Below, piece after piece: positions 8,040-17,430 of a stretch of DNA of 64,000 bases. The position numbers were made by a program, and so were the translations under genes. The DNA comes from Deltaproteobacteria bacterium. GTDB taxonomy: Bacteria; UBA10199; SPLOWO2-01-44-7. The notes beneath the pieces are model-generated. The model saw nothing but the letters and a program-made list of their open reading frames with translations. It had not been told where the DNA came from and did not search any database. Location: assembly GCA_016203765.1 (NCBI GenBank), contig JACQMB010000145.1:1124-65123 (forward strand), read 5' to 3'. The stretch's first letter is position 1, and each line of letters begins with the position of its first letter.

Positions 8040-10049
8040 ATGGAGACCCATTGTTTTGTTGAACGACTTTCCCTGTTCCATTGGTTCTTTCAAGTCTTTC
8101 CATTCGCGTTAAAAGCAAGATTCAAAACCTTGTTTATTTTTGACGCCAAACCTTTTGCCTTGGATGTCGCGGAGAAAATGGGGACCTATTTTGGAATCAA
8201 AGTGGAAAAGCTGCAATTTCGCCTGGTGGATATTAGAGATGAGAATGGGATGCTCATCCGGCTTAGAATTCCCTTTCGGGATTTGAGGGACCTTGAAAAT
8301 GATTTTTTCCCCCATAGTCCTTCCCTGTTGGAGGGAAGAGTGAATGGAAACCGGTTGTGTTCCTATTTGCGAAAAGAAGTGATCTCGCCGGAAATTGTTT
8401 CCGGAGGCTCCCTGTCCCGAACACTTTTTTTGGTTCATGTTTGCCGCTGGAAAACAAAAGGGAAATGTTTTTTGTTCACCGGTTATCCGGTCTATTCAGA
8501 GGCATTAAAAAGGTACGCTTTAAAATACCAAGTTGAACTTTTTTCCCTCTGGTCGCCGTTTCGCATTCAATGGAAAAGGAACGCGGTTTTAAAATATTGG
8601 TACCATCTTTTTTTCAACTGGGTGTGGCGGATTAAATATCGGGTTGGGCCCTTTCTCAAAAGGGCTTCAGCCGCTTCAGGAAAAGATCCAAAGATCGCCA
8701 TCGATTATTATAACCTGTTGAATATAAGCCAGCCGGAAAAATATTCCGATTTTTCCTTCTACCAGCAGTCTGAAATCAAGGGGAGCGATATACTGGCCTT
8801 TCTCTATACGGCGGCGGATCCTCTGGATGAAGAGAGGCTGAGAGTTTTTGAAAAGCATCGGATGGAGGTTTTGCCCCTTCATTTTCGGGCAACCAAGGTT
8901 GCCAGCCATCCCCCCTGGATTCCAACTTGGAAGGCCATGTTGAGAGGCTCCCCCCCTGACTCGCTGGCCAGGCAGTTCCCCGAGGTGAAAAATTTGCGAG
9001 CGCTCTTTTCCTCTTATCAGTGGCTTTACACCTATTGGCGGCAACTTTTTCAGGAAACCAATGCCAAAATATATCTTTCCTGGCACAAATATAATGGGGG
9101 CCATATGGCCATTGCCGATGCAATTCAGGAAGCAGGCGGTGTCATGGGCATTTATCAGCGGGCCCTGGATGTTACCCCTTTTAGCGAATGTCGGTTGGAT
9201 GTTGACTTTGCCTTTGGGTATTCCAAAATAATGGCCGATCTGGAAAAGGAACAGATGTCGAGGATTCCCTATTTTATCGTAACAGGTTATTTGGGAGATC
9301 ATCGGTTTGCTTTGTTGCGGAATTGCGCTTCAAAGAAGAGAGAAGAAATTTTACAACGTGGCACAAAAAGGATCATTGCTTTTACCGATGAAAATTCCGC
9401 AGTCGATGACCGGTGGCACACCGGAAACCGGTTTATGCGGGAAAACTATGATTTTTTGTTGGAAAAATTACTGCAAAATCCCTGGCTGGGCTTAATTATC
9501 AAGCCCAAAGTTCCTTCGACGTTGCGATTTCGGCTGGGGCCCCTTGCGGCAACATTGAAAAGAGCGGAGGCAACGGGACGTTGTTTGGTCTATGAGGAGG
9601 GATCTTCCTTCGGTTCTTGTCCTCCTGCCCTTGCCGCCCTTTCGGCCGATGTTGCCATTCATGGACATTTGTGTGCCCCCACTGCCCCTTTTGAATGTGC
9701 CTTGGCCGGTGTGCCAACTTTGATGCTCGATAGAGAAGGTTTTCCGGTGAGCCCATTGTATGATTTGGGTGTCGGAAAAGTTGTTTTTAAAAGTTGGGAA
9801 CATTTGTGGGAGACATGTCTTGAGCATTGGCAAAACCATCAGGGAATTCAAGGATTTGGAGACTGGTCACCCATGCTGGACCATTTTGATCCGTTTCGAG
9901 ACGGCAAGGCCTCCGAAAGGATGGGCATCTTTTTGAAATGGATGCTTGAAGATTTTAAGGCCGGGTGTAATCGAGAGGCGGTGATGGCCAATGCCGCGGA
10001 ACGTTATTGCAAACAATGGGGACAGGATAAAGTGATGGCGATTCATTAA
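8040..10049 (+). CDS. Hypothetical large protein, possible GT-B-like glycosyltransferase
   Basis: This is a 669-aa ORF (ATG 8040, two nt after the neuB-like stop; the TTG at 8031 is the ORF-track start). I recognise no family motif. The C-terminal half has alternating beta/alpha-like segments (KRIIAFTDENS ... GLIIKPKVPS ... GVPTLMLDREG) resembling the proteins at 14930 and 60256. Confidence 0.55.
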   Translation: METHCFVERLSLFHWFFQVFPFALKARFKTLFIFDAKPFALDVAEKMGTYFGIKVEKLQFRLVDIRDENGMLIRLRIPFRDLRDLENDFFPHSPSLLEGRVNGNRLCSYLRKEVISPEIVSGGSLSRTLFLVHVCRWKTKGKCFLFTGYPVYSEALKRYALKYQVELFSLWSPFRIQWKRNAVLKYWYHLFFNWVWRIKYRVGPFLKRASAASGKDPKIAIDYYNLLNISQPEKYSDFSFYQQSEIKGSDILAFLYTAADPLDEERLRVFEKHRMEVLPLHFRATKVASHPPWIPTWKAMLRGSPPDSLARQFPEVKNLRALFSSYQWLYTYWRQLFQETNAKIYLSWHKYNGGHMAIADAIQEAGGVMGIYQRALDVTPFSECRLDVDFAFGYSKIMADLEKEQMSRIPYFIVTGYLGDHRFALLRNCASKKREEILQRGTKRIIAFTDENSAVDDRWHTGNRFMRENYDFLLEKLLQNPWLGLIIKPKVPSTLRFRLGPLAATLKRAEATGRCLVYEEGSSFGSCPPALAALSADVAIHGHLCAPTAPFECALAGVPTLMLDREGFPVSPLYDLGVGKVVFKSWEHLWETCLEHWQNHQGIQGFGDWSPMLDHFDPFRDGKASERMGIFLKWMLEDFKAGCNREAVMANAAERYCKQWGQDKVMAIH

Positions 10050-10052
10050 TAT

Positions 10053-11123
10053 ATGTATACCCGAACGGAAACATTTTGTATTTCAAAAAACGCCACAACT
10101 CAGGAGGCCATTGCCAAGATGAATGAGGGACGGCTCGGCATTGTGTTGGTGGTGGACGAGGACCGGCGGTTGATTGGAACCATTACCGATGGGGATATTC
10201 GGCGGGCGGTACTTGCCAAATTCCCCCTCTCCCATCTTGTTACGGCCTTGCTGGAGCAAAAGACCGGCACCGAATATGCCAAACCGCTTTATGCTTTGGC
10301 CGGACAAACAAAAAGCGAATATCTAAAAATTTTGAGACAAAATGCCCTTTCACATCTTCCAATTATCAATGGAGAAAAACAGGTGGTGGCCCTTCTGACC
10401 TCGGATGAATTTATGGTTGATTCCCTTGCCTCCATCGATGCCGTGGTGATGGCCGGGGGGAGAGGAATCAGGCTCATGCCTTTGACGGGGGATATTCCCA
10501 AACCGATGCTTCCGGTCGGCGAGAAACCGTTGTTGGAAATTATCATCCATAAGCTTAGAACCGCTGGCATTCAAAAAATAAATGTCACAACACACCACAA
10601 ACCGGAAAAGATCAAAGAATATTTCGGCGACGGCCGGGATTTCGGCATTGATTTGAATTATGTTTCCGAGGAACGTCCGTTGGGGACGGCCGGGGCTCTG
10701 GGGCTTTTGGAAAACATTCAGAAGACCACGTTGGTCATCAATGGTGATATTTTAACCGATGTCGATTTTAAGGCGATGTTTCAATTTCACCGGGAGCATA
10801 ACGCCGATTTGACGGTTGCCGTTCGCGTCTGCGAACTGGAGGTTCCTTTTGGGGTGGTTGAATGTCAGGGGGCTCAGGTGAAGGCGATCCAGGAAAAACC
10901 CAAAGTGAGTTTGATGGTCAACGCGGGCATTTATTTATTGGAACCACACGTTTATTCTTATATCCCCGCTGGCGAGCAATACCACATGACCGACCTGATT
11001 CAGCATCTGATTTCCAAAAAAATCAATGTCATCAGCTTTCCCATCCACGAATATTGGATTGATATCGGGGCCCATGCTGAATACGAAAAAGCCCAAAAAG
11101 AGATCGAGCGGTTTAATTTCTAA
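10053..11123 (+). CDS. CBS-domain sugar-phosphate nucleotidyltransferase (PtmE-like)
   Basis: It has tandem CBS segments (GIVLVVDEDRRLIGTITDGDIRRAV; LPIINGEKQVVALLTSDEF) followed by an NTP-transferase signature (VVMAGGRGIRLMPLTGDIPKPMLPVGEKPLLE). Confidence 0.85.
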   Translation: MYTRTETFCISKNATTQEAIAKMNEGRLGIVLVVDEDRRLIGTITDGDIRRAVLAKFPLSHLVTALLEQKTGTEYAKPLYALAGQTKSEYLKILRQNALSHLPIINGEKQVVALLTSDEFMVDSLASIDAVVMAGGRGIRLMPLTGDIPKPMLPVGEKPLLEIIIHKLRTAGIQKINVTTHHKPEKIKEYFGDGRDFGIDLNYVSEERPLGTAGALGLLENIQKTTLVINGDILTDVDFKAMFQFHREHNADLTVAVRVCELEVPFGVVECQGAQVKAIQEKPKVSLMVNAGIYLLEPHVYSYIPAGEQYHMTDLIQHLISKKINVISFPIHEYWIDIGAHAEYEKAQKEIERFNF

Positions 11124-11126
11124 TTT

Positions 11127-12290
11127 ATGATATCCCAAAAGATTTTGTTGTGTGAACCGTATCTTTCCGGCAGGGAATGGAAGTATGTTAAGGAGTGCCT
11201 CGATTCGGGGTGGATTGCCACTTCGGGTTCCTTCCTTGGCCGCTTTGAAAAAGAGGTGGCCCAATGCGTCGGCTCCGCCCATGCGGTGGGGGTGGCCACC
11301 GGCACGGCGGCCTTGCACCTGGCGTTATTGGCGGCGGGGGTTCAGCCGGAAGAGGAGGTTTTGGTCCCCACCATCACTTTTATTGCTCCAGTGAATGCCA
11401 TCCGCTACGCCGGGGCCCATCCGGTTTTGATGGATGTGGACCCCCTAAACTGGCAATTGGATGTGGGGAAGGTGGAGCGATTTTTGCGGGAGGCCTGTTC
11501 TTTTCATGATGGAATTGTAACAAACAAGAATACCCATCGGCGTGTCAAAGCCATTTTGGCCGTCCATCTTCTGGGCCTATGCTGCCCCATGGATCGTTTG
11601 GTTCCTCTGGCCAAAGAGTTTCAGCTGAAACTCATCGAGGATGCGGCGGAAGGGCTGGGCGTTCGTTATCGGGGCAGGCATGTGGGGACCTTTGGCGATA
11701 TCGGCACGTTGAGTTTTAACGGGAACAAACTGGTGAGCGCCGGATCGGGCGGAATGGTCCTGACGCAAAAAAGGGATTTGGCTGAAAGGGTACGCTATTT
11801 GGCGACCCAGGCGAAGGATAATCCGGATGAATTTTTTCACGGGGCTGTTGGTTTTAATTACCGCCTGACCAATCTTCACGCCGCGGTTGGTTTGGCCCAG
11901 ATGGAGGAGCTGGAGGAAAGAATTTCCAAGAAGCGCCGAATCGCCGCCTTTTACGAGAAAAGATTGGGGGAAATTCCGGGAGTATCTCTCATGCCCCAAA
12001 TTGCCCACTGTGAGCCGACCTATTGGCTTTATACCATTTTGCTTGCCAAAGGAGAAAGGCGAAAGGAAGTTTTGAAGGCTTTGCATGCGGCCGGCATTAT
12101 GGCCCGGCCTCTCTTTCATCCGATCCATGGCCTCCCCCCTTATCAAGGGACCCAGACTTTTTGCATTGAGCATGCGGAGTCCATTTATGCAAGGGCGGTT
12201 TGTCTTCCTTCCAGTTTGGGTTTGGATCAAGCAGCCCTGGAGGCAGTTGTTGCCTGTTTGGAAAAAGCGTTAATACCATGTCGATATTAA
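11127..12290 (+). CDS. DegT/DnrJ/EryC1/StrS family sugar aminotransferase (PseC/LegC/PglE-like)
   Basis: Motifs are SGWIATSGSFLGRFEKEVA, GVATGTAALHLAL and the PLP-lysine region SFNGNKLVSAGSGG. Confidence 0.9.
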   Translation: MISQKILLCEPYLSGREWKYVKECLDSGWIATSGSFLGRFEKEVAQCVGSAHAVGVATGTAALHLALLAAGVQPEEEVLVPTITFIAPVNAIRYAGAHPVLMDVDPLNWQLDVGKVERFLREACSFHDGIVTNKNTHRRVKAILAVHLLGLCCPMDRLVPLAKEFQLKLIEDAAEGLGVRYRGRHVGTFGDIGTLSFNGNKLVSAGSGGMVLTQKRDLAERVRYLATQAKDNPDEFFHGAVGFNYRLTNLHAAVGLAQMEELEERISKKRRIAAFYEKRLGEIPGVSLMPQIAHCEPTYWLYTILLAKGERRKEVLKALHAAGIMARPLFHPIHGLPPYQGTQTFCIEHAESIYARAVCLPSSLGLDQAALEAVVACLEKALIPCRY

Positions 12291-12928
12291 CTCAAACTAA
12301 AATTTTCTGTGTTATCTTGGGGGGCGGCGGTCATGCCCGCGTTGTGGTTGACTGTTTGAAAAGCTTGGGTGCGGCTCATCCTTGCGCGGTTCTCGATCAA
12401 GATCGCTCCCTTTGGGGGAAGGAGGTTTTGGGTGTTCCAATCCGTGGAGGACTCGAACTTCTGCCCAAATTGAAAGCAGAGGGGGCAACCTATTTTGTGC
12501 CGGCTGTCGGAGGGGTGGGGGATAACAACCCCCGCCGACGCATTTTTGATGCTGGTTTACAACACGGTTTGACGGCACTGACGCTTATCCACCCCTCGGC
12601 AACGGTTTCGCCCCATGCCCAGATCGGCCAAGGGACGGTCATTTTTGCGGGTGCCATTATCAATGCGGGGGTGATCATCGGCGATAATTGCATCATCAAC
12701 ACCGGCGCCATTATCGATCACGATTGCCGGATCGGGGATCATGTCCATATTGCGCCAGGCGCTGTTCTTTCCGGGGAAGTTTGTGTGGCACGGAGCGCCC
12801 ATCTCGGGACCGGAGCGAGCGTTATACAGGGCATTCATATCGGGGAGGAGGCTATCGTGGGGGCCGGCGGTGTCGTGGTCCGTAATATCTCTCCAAGGTC
12901 TGTTGTAAAGGGAGTCCCCGCGAAGTGA
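12278..12928 (+). CDS. Hexapeptide-repeat sugar N-acetyltransferase (PglD/NeuD family)
   Basis: I used the internal ATG at 12278, which overlaps the upstream stop region. It has the NeuD-type N-domain ILGGGGHARVVVDCL and left-handed beta-helix repeats IGDNCIINTGAIIDHDCRIGDHVHIAPGAVLSGEV. Confidence 0.85.
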   Translation: MSILTQTKIFCVILGGGGHARVVVDCLKSLGAAHPCAVLDQDRSLWGKEVLGVPIRGGLELLPKLKAEGATYFVPAVGGVGDNNPRRRIFDAGLQHGLTALTLIHPSATVSPHAQIGQGTVIFAGAIINAGVIIGDNCIINTGAIIDHDCRIGDHVHIAPGAVLSGEVCVARSAHLGTGASVIQGIHIGEEAIVGAGGVVVRNISPRSVVKGVPAK

Positions 12929-12970
12929 TCCTCGGCTTGAGAAACGCATTGACACAAAGGAGATCGAACT

Positions 12971-14011
12971 ATGTTTAACGATAAATCCGTATTGATCACC
13001 GGCGGAACCGGTTCCTTCGGCCAAAAAATGACTAGGGTTCTGATTCAGGAATATCGCCCGAAAAAACTGATCATCTTCAGCCGGGATGAGCTCAAACAAT
13101 TTGAAATGGCTCAAAAATGGAATCCAGCCCGGCTCCCTTTTCTGCAGTATGTCCTGGGGGATGTCAGGGATCGTGATCGTCTTATGCATGTTTTTAAAGG
13201 CGTGGATTGTGTGATTCATGCGGCGGCCTTGAAAATGGTTCCGGCCGCGGAGGGGAATCCCACCGAATATATCCAGACTAATGTGATAGGGGCGATGAAT
13301 GTGATCGATGCCGCCTTAACCAACGGGGTAGAGCGGGTTATGGCCCTCTCCACCGACAAGGCTTGTAACCCGGTCAATCTCTACGGGGCCACCAAACTTT
13401 GTTCCGACAAACTCTTTGCCGCGGCCAATGCCAGACGGGAACCATCCCGAACCCGGTTTGCTATTGTTCGCTACGGCAATGTTCTGGGATCGCGCGGTTC
13501 GGTGGTCCCTTTTTTCAGAGAGAGGGCCAAGACCGGCAAACTTCCCATTACCGACAAACGGATGACCCGTTTTTGGATTACTCTCGATCAAGCGGTCCAT
13601 TTTGTCATTTCAACCCTGGAAAAAGCAAGGGGAGGGGAAATTTTTGTGCCGCGCATCCCTTCAATGAAACTTGTCGATTTGGCGCGGGCGATTGCGCCCC
13701 ACTGTGCGCTGGAAGAAGTGGGGATGCGTCCCGGGGAAAGGATCCATGAAACATTAATAAGCGAAGACGACGCCCGCAATACGATCCGATTTAATAATTG
13801 TTATGTGATTTGTCCTCATACCCCCTCCCCGGAGGAGCTTCTGAAATCTTATGACGGTAAGGGGCAGATTTGTCCCGAAGGATTCAGCTACAGCTCCGCC
13901 GGAAACAGCGAATGGCTCGGCGTGGAAGAGTTAAAAGAAATTGTGGGACAGATCGAATCCGATTACGCCATCGAACAATCCCGATGGTCGATGGAAGATG
14001 TCCCGCAATAA
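12971..14011 (+). CDS. pseB: UDP-N-acetylglucosamine 4,6-dehydratase, PseB/FlaA1-like
   Basis: It is preceded by a good RBS (AAGGAG). The match to my recollection of PseB runs along the whole length: VLITGGTGSFG, FSRDELKQFEM, GDVRDRDRL, STDKACNPVNLYGATKLCSDKLF, VRYGNVLGSRGSVVPFF, RMTRFWITL, GGEIFVPRIPSMK. Confidence 0.85.
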   Translation: MFNDKSVLITGGTGSFGQKMTRVLIQEYRPKKLIIFSRDELKQFEMAQKWNPARLPFLQYVLGDVRDRDRLMHVFKGVDCVIHAAALKMVPAAEGNPTEYIQTNVIGAMNVIDAALTNGVERVMALSTDKACNPVNLYGATKLCSDKLFAAANARREPSRTRFAIVRYGNVLGSRGSVVPFFRERAKTGKLPITDKRMTRFWITLDQAVHFVISTLEKARGGEIFVPRIPSMKLVDLARAIAPHCALEEVGMRPGERIHETLISEDDARNTIRFNNCYVICPHTPSPEELLKSYDGKGQICPEGFSYSSAGNSEWLGVEELKEIVGQIESDYAIEQSRWSMEDVPQ

Positions 14012-14015
14012 AGAG

Positions 14016-14933
14016 ATGACCAAACCAAGGGTTCTGATTACCGGTGTCAGCGGTCTGTTGGGGAGTAACCTGGCCTGGTTGTATCGAGACCGTTATTCCG
14101 TTTTGGGCCTTTACCGCCGTCATCCGGTTTCATGGCCCGGCGTTCGGACCCTCCGGCAGGACCTTCTGGAAATTTTGAGCTTGAAAAAATGCGTTCATGA
14201 TTTTCGTCCGGATATTCTGATTCATTGTGCCGCGCTGACCGATGTGGATGCCTGTGAGCGGAACAAACAGGAGGCGGAACAAGCCAATATCGAGGCGACC
14301 CGAAAGGTGGTGGATTGTTTGAACGGCTTGCCCACGCGGCTGATCCACATATCGACCGACTCTGTTTTTGACGGTGAGAAGGGAAATTACTCGGAGACGG
14401 ACCCGGTTCATCCGGTCAATCATTATGGCTGGACAAAATGGAAGGCGGAAACGGAGTCGTTAAAACGGAAAGGGACCTTGGTGTTCAGAACGACCGTTTT
14501 CGGATGGAACGTTCAGGAAAAGGAGAGCCTGGGGGAATGGGTTTTGCATCGGATGATGCGCAAGGAAAAGATTAACGGATTTAGCGACGTTGTTTTTTCT
14601 CCCCTTTACACCATGGAGTTGGGAAGGCTGATGGAAAAAACTTGGCAAAAGGGGCTGGCCGGTCTCTATCACTGCGCCGGATCGAACGCCTGCTCCAAAT
14701 ATGATTTCGCCGTTCAACTTGCCCGTGTGTTTCATCTGGATGAAACAGCCGTGAATTCGATCTCGGTGGATGCCCTTGCCCTGCCGGCCAGGAGGCCCAA
14801 GAATCTTTCGCTGAAAACATCTAAGTTAACGGAATCATTAGGAAATTCATTGCCAAGCGTTCAGCGATCGATTCAATCCTTTTTTGATGATTTTGAGCGC
14901 GGCCTCCCCCGGAAATTAAAAGGACTTGCATGA
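14016..14933 (+). CDS. RmlD-like NAD(P)-dependent sugar reductase (dTDP-4-dehydrorhamnose reductase family)
   Basis: Motifs are VLITGVSGLLGSNL, the catalytic YGWTKWKAE and HISTDSVFDG. The start could be ATG 14016 or ATG 13998; the ORF-track start at 13941 is probably too long. Confidence 0.75.
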   Translation: MTKPRVLITGVSGLLGSNLAWLYRDRYSVLGLYRRHPVSWPGVRTLRQDLLEILSLKKCVHDFRPDILIHCAALTDVDACERNKQEAEQANIEATRKVVDCLNGLPTRLIHISTDSVFDGEKGNYSETDPVHPVNHYGWTKWKAETESLKRKGTLVFRTTVFGWNVQEKESLGEWVLHRMMRKEKINGFSDVVFSPLYTMELGRLMEKTWQKGLAGLYHCAGSNACSKYDFAVQLARVFHLDETAVNSISVDALALPARRPKNLSLKTSKLTESLGNSLPSVQRSIQSFFDDFERGLPRKLKGLA

Positions 14934-16432
14934 AAGCACTGAGCCGCCAACAACTCGACGCCCTCTTTCGTGAAATCCGCGGGCGCTATCCCCGCCTGGC
15001 CGTTTTGGCCATTCCCTGGATTTTTTCCACGATGTGGTCCTATCCTTTAAAGCCGTCTCCCGAACATGTTCAACCCTTCCCGATTTTCGTTGCCATCTTG
15101 TTTCGGGTTCCCTGGCTGGCGCTGCGCGCCATCGCGTTAAGCGGGCGTATCCTATGGCTTCGCCTTTCCTTTCGGAATGCCCTGCGCGATTATCGTTCCC
15201 GATCGTTTGAGGGGCTGGCCAAGACCTGGGCTTTTTCCATGGAAAATTCCGGGGGGGACCGAGATTTTTATTTGGGGGATTTGGCGGAACAGCTCCGCTC
15301 CAGGAATGTTCGGGTGTTGACGTTGTATGATTACGGAACGAATAAAAAAGGATGGGGGAAGAGACAAAACGGGCCGCGGCTACCGGAGCTGGCTCTTCTT
15401 TCGTTCCGGTCCGTATTGAAGATGTTGGGGGAACAATGCCGGGCGGCGCTCCTTCTCTATTTCAAGGGGTTCGGGGAGAGGGATAAAACGTTGCGGGGTT
15501 TGATCTGGCTGGCCGGCCGGGATTGCCTCCGCGCGATGACTCTGCGCAACGGGCTCTTTTATTGGATCGGCAGGGAGGCGGCCCGCCGATGGAAACCCGT
15601 TTTTTTTATAACCTTGTATGAAGGGAATGCCTGGGAAAAGTGTCTGGCCTTGGGCCTTCGCTCCGTCGATTCCCCCTGCAAACTGGTGGGCTATCAGCAT
15701 ACGGTCATTATGCCTCACGCGTATGAACTGCAACGGCCGTCCAATTCCCTCGCGGGGATCAAACCTCCGGAATTGATCCTGAGTGTCGGCACGCGGCCGA
15801 TGCAATGGTTGCAGGCAAGTCATCAGCCGTTCGGAGTCCGTTTCATTCCCTTTGGGACCTTTCGTTATTTCAATCCGGACGAAAAGAGGGGAATCCCCCG
15901 TCCGGACGTCAAAACACTTTTGGTTCTGCCGGAAGGGATTGTCTCCGAGATGATTTTTCTGTTCGACGCGGCCCTCGATTTGGCGTCCCTCTTGCCCGAT
16001 TACCGGATTTTATTTCGTTGTCATCCCGCGATCCCTTTCGAAAAAGTCCGTTCGCGGTTAAAGCGGGATCTGGGGGACTGTCCCAATGTGTCCCTCTCCG
16101 GGGCGGGCCGCATTGAGGAGGATTTCCTGGCCGCTTCCATGATTCTTTACCGCGGTTCTTCGGCCATTCTCTATGCCATTTTAAGCGGGCTGAAACCGTT
16201 TTATTTGCGCAAAAATTCCGAGGAAGAGGTGATTGATCCGCTTTTTGATCTGGCCTCCTGGCGTCAGCGGGCCGATTCGGTTTCGGAATTGGCGGGCCAG
16301 ATGAGGAGCTATTCGGAAAGCGCTTTGTCCGAAATCCAAGATGATTGGCACAAGGCGAATCGGTTTGTCGGGGAATATGTACAGCCGGTCGGACCCCGGT
16401 CTTTTGACCGTTTTTTGGAGGCGCTCCAATGA
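14930..16432 (+). CDS. Hypothetical protein, possible GT-B-like / ulosonate-transferase-like
   Basis: It starts with an ATGA overlap and has a hydrophobic N-terminal segment. The C-terminal region KTLLVLPEG...ILFRCHPAIP...ILYRGSSAILYAILSG resembles the protein at 60256. I recognise no named family with confidence. Confidence 0.55.
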   Translation: MKALSRQQLDALFREIRGRYPRLAVLAIPWIFSTMWSYPLKPSPEHVQPFPIFVAILFRVPWLALRAIALSGRILWLRLSFRNALRDYRSRSFEGLAKTWAFSMENSGGDRDFYLGDLAEQLRSRNVRVLTLYDYGTNKKGWGKRQNGPRLPELALLSFRSVLKMLGEQCRAALLLYFKGFGERDKTLRGLIWLAGRDCLRAMTLRNGLFYWIGREAARRWKPVFFITLYEGNAWEKCLALGLRSVDSPCKLVGYQHTVIMPHAYELQRPSNSLAGIKPPELILSVGTRPMQWLQASHQPFGVRFIPFGTFRYFNPDEKRGIPRPDVKTLLVLPEGIVSEMIFLFDAALDLASLLPDYRILFRCHPAIPFEKVRSRLKRDLGDCPNVSLSGAGRIEEDFLAASMILYRGSSAILYAILSGLKPFYLRKNSEEEVIDPLFDLASWRQRADSVSELAGQMRSYSESALSEIQDDWHKANRFVGEYVQPVGPRSFDRFLEALQ

Positions 16433-17430
16433 GATGCCTCGTTTTTGGCTGCGGGTATATGGGGAAAATCCGCGCGGCGGTGTTGAAAAATCATCCGGAC
16501 GTCACCCAGGTAAAAATTTACGATCCCTATGTGAATCCGGACCGTGAACCCATGGCGCCGGACCTCCTGGTCCCTTCGGAAATCCCGTGGAAAGATTTTG
16601 ACGCGGTTTTTGTCTGTACCCCCAACAACGTCAGCGCCAAACTGGCGATCGAGGGGCTTAAAAATTGCGGGCATGTCTTTTGTGAGAAACCTCCGGCCCG
16701 GAATTACGAGGAGCTGTGCGCGGTGAGGGAGGCCGCCCGGGCGCGTCCGGATCATACTTTGGTTTTCGGTTTTAACCACCGTTACCACCCGCTGGTTCAG
16801 GCGGCCAAAGACCTGGTGGGCGAGGGGGGGCTTGGCGAGGTCCTCTATCTCCGGGGGACCTACGGCAAATCGGGGGGAAAAAATTACCGTCAAAGCTGGC
16901 GCAACCAAAAGGAAATTTCCGGAGGGGGGATACTGCTGGATCAGGGCATTCATATGCTCGACCTCTTTCAATATTTTCTGGGCCCGCTGAAGCTGGTGAA
17001 CAGTCTGTTGCAAGATTCTTTTTGGAAATGCGGCGTGGAAGACAATGTCTTTGTTTTGTTGCGGTCGGCCAGGGGCGCCCCCGTTTTTCTCCATTCTTCC
17101 GCCACGCTGTGGAAACACACTTTTACCTTTGAAATCGGGTGTGAAAAGGGTTATCTCAAGGCCAACGGACTTCTCTCGCAAACCGGGAGCTATGGCCGCG
17201 AACAACTCGTAATCGGCCGAAGGCAGTTTGAGGATGAGGCTTTGGCCCTTGGCAATCCCCGGGAAGAGATCGTCTATTTCGACCGTGACGATTCCTGGCG
17301 ATTGGAGGTCAACGAATTTTTGTCCGCCGTCAAGGAAAAGAGAAAGGCCACGCACGGGACTTTGGAAGAAGCCCTGCAAGTGATGGCCTTGATCCGGGAT
17401 ATCTATGCAATCGATTCAAACCTGCTTTAA
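16429..17430 (+). CDS. Gfo/Idh/MocA family oxidoreductase
   Basis: It starts with an ATGA overlap. Motifs are MRCLVFGCGYMGKIRA (Rossmann) and VFCEKPPA (EKP motif). The 356-aa antisense ORF 16309-17379 is a shadow of this gene. Confidence 0.85.
   Translation: MRCLVFGCGYMGKIRAAVLKNHPDVTQVKIYDPYVNPDREPMAPDLLVPSEIPWKDFDAVFVCTPNNVSAKLAIEGLKNCGHVFCEKPPARNYEELCAVREAARARPDHTLVFGFNHRYHPLVQAAKDLVGEGGLGEVLYLRGTYGKSGGKNYRQSWRNQKEISGGGILLDQGIHMLDLFQYFLGPLKLVNSLLQDSFWKCGVEDNVFVLLRSARGAPVFLHSSATLWKHTFTFEIGCEKGYLKANGLLSQTGSYGREQLVIGRRQFEDEALALGNPREEIVYFDRDDSWRLEVNEFLSAVKEKRKATHGTLEEALQVMALIRDIYAIDSNLL

Noticed and set aside
16309-17379. A 356-aa ORF on the minus strand, the longest of many antisense ORFs. 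Others include 26422-27318, 28404-29282, 33897-34727, 61654-62265, 11577-12230, 27104-27763 and 37613-38326 on the minus strand, and 43459-44139, 44890-45582, 47387-48019 and 52290-53042 on the plus strand.
   Set aside because: Each lies fully antisense to a gene with clear family motifs. Their translations are Arg/Pro/Gly-rich and low-complexity with no recognisable motifs, as expected for shadow ORFs in GC-rich coding DNA.
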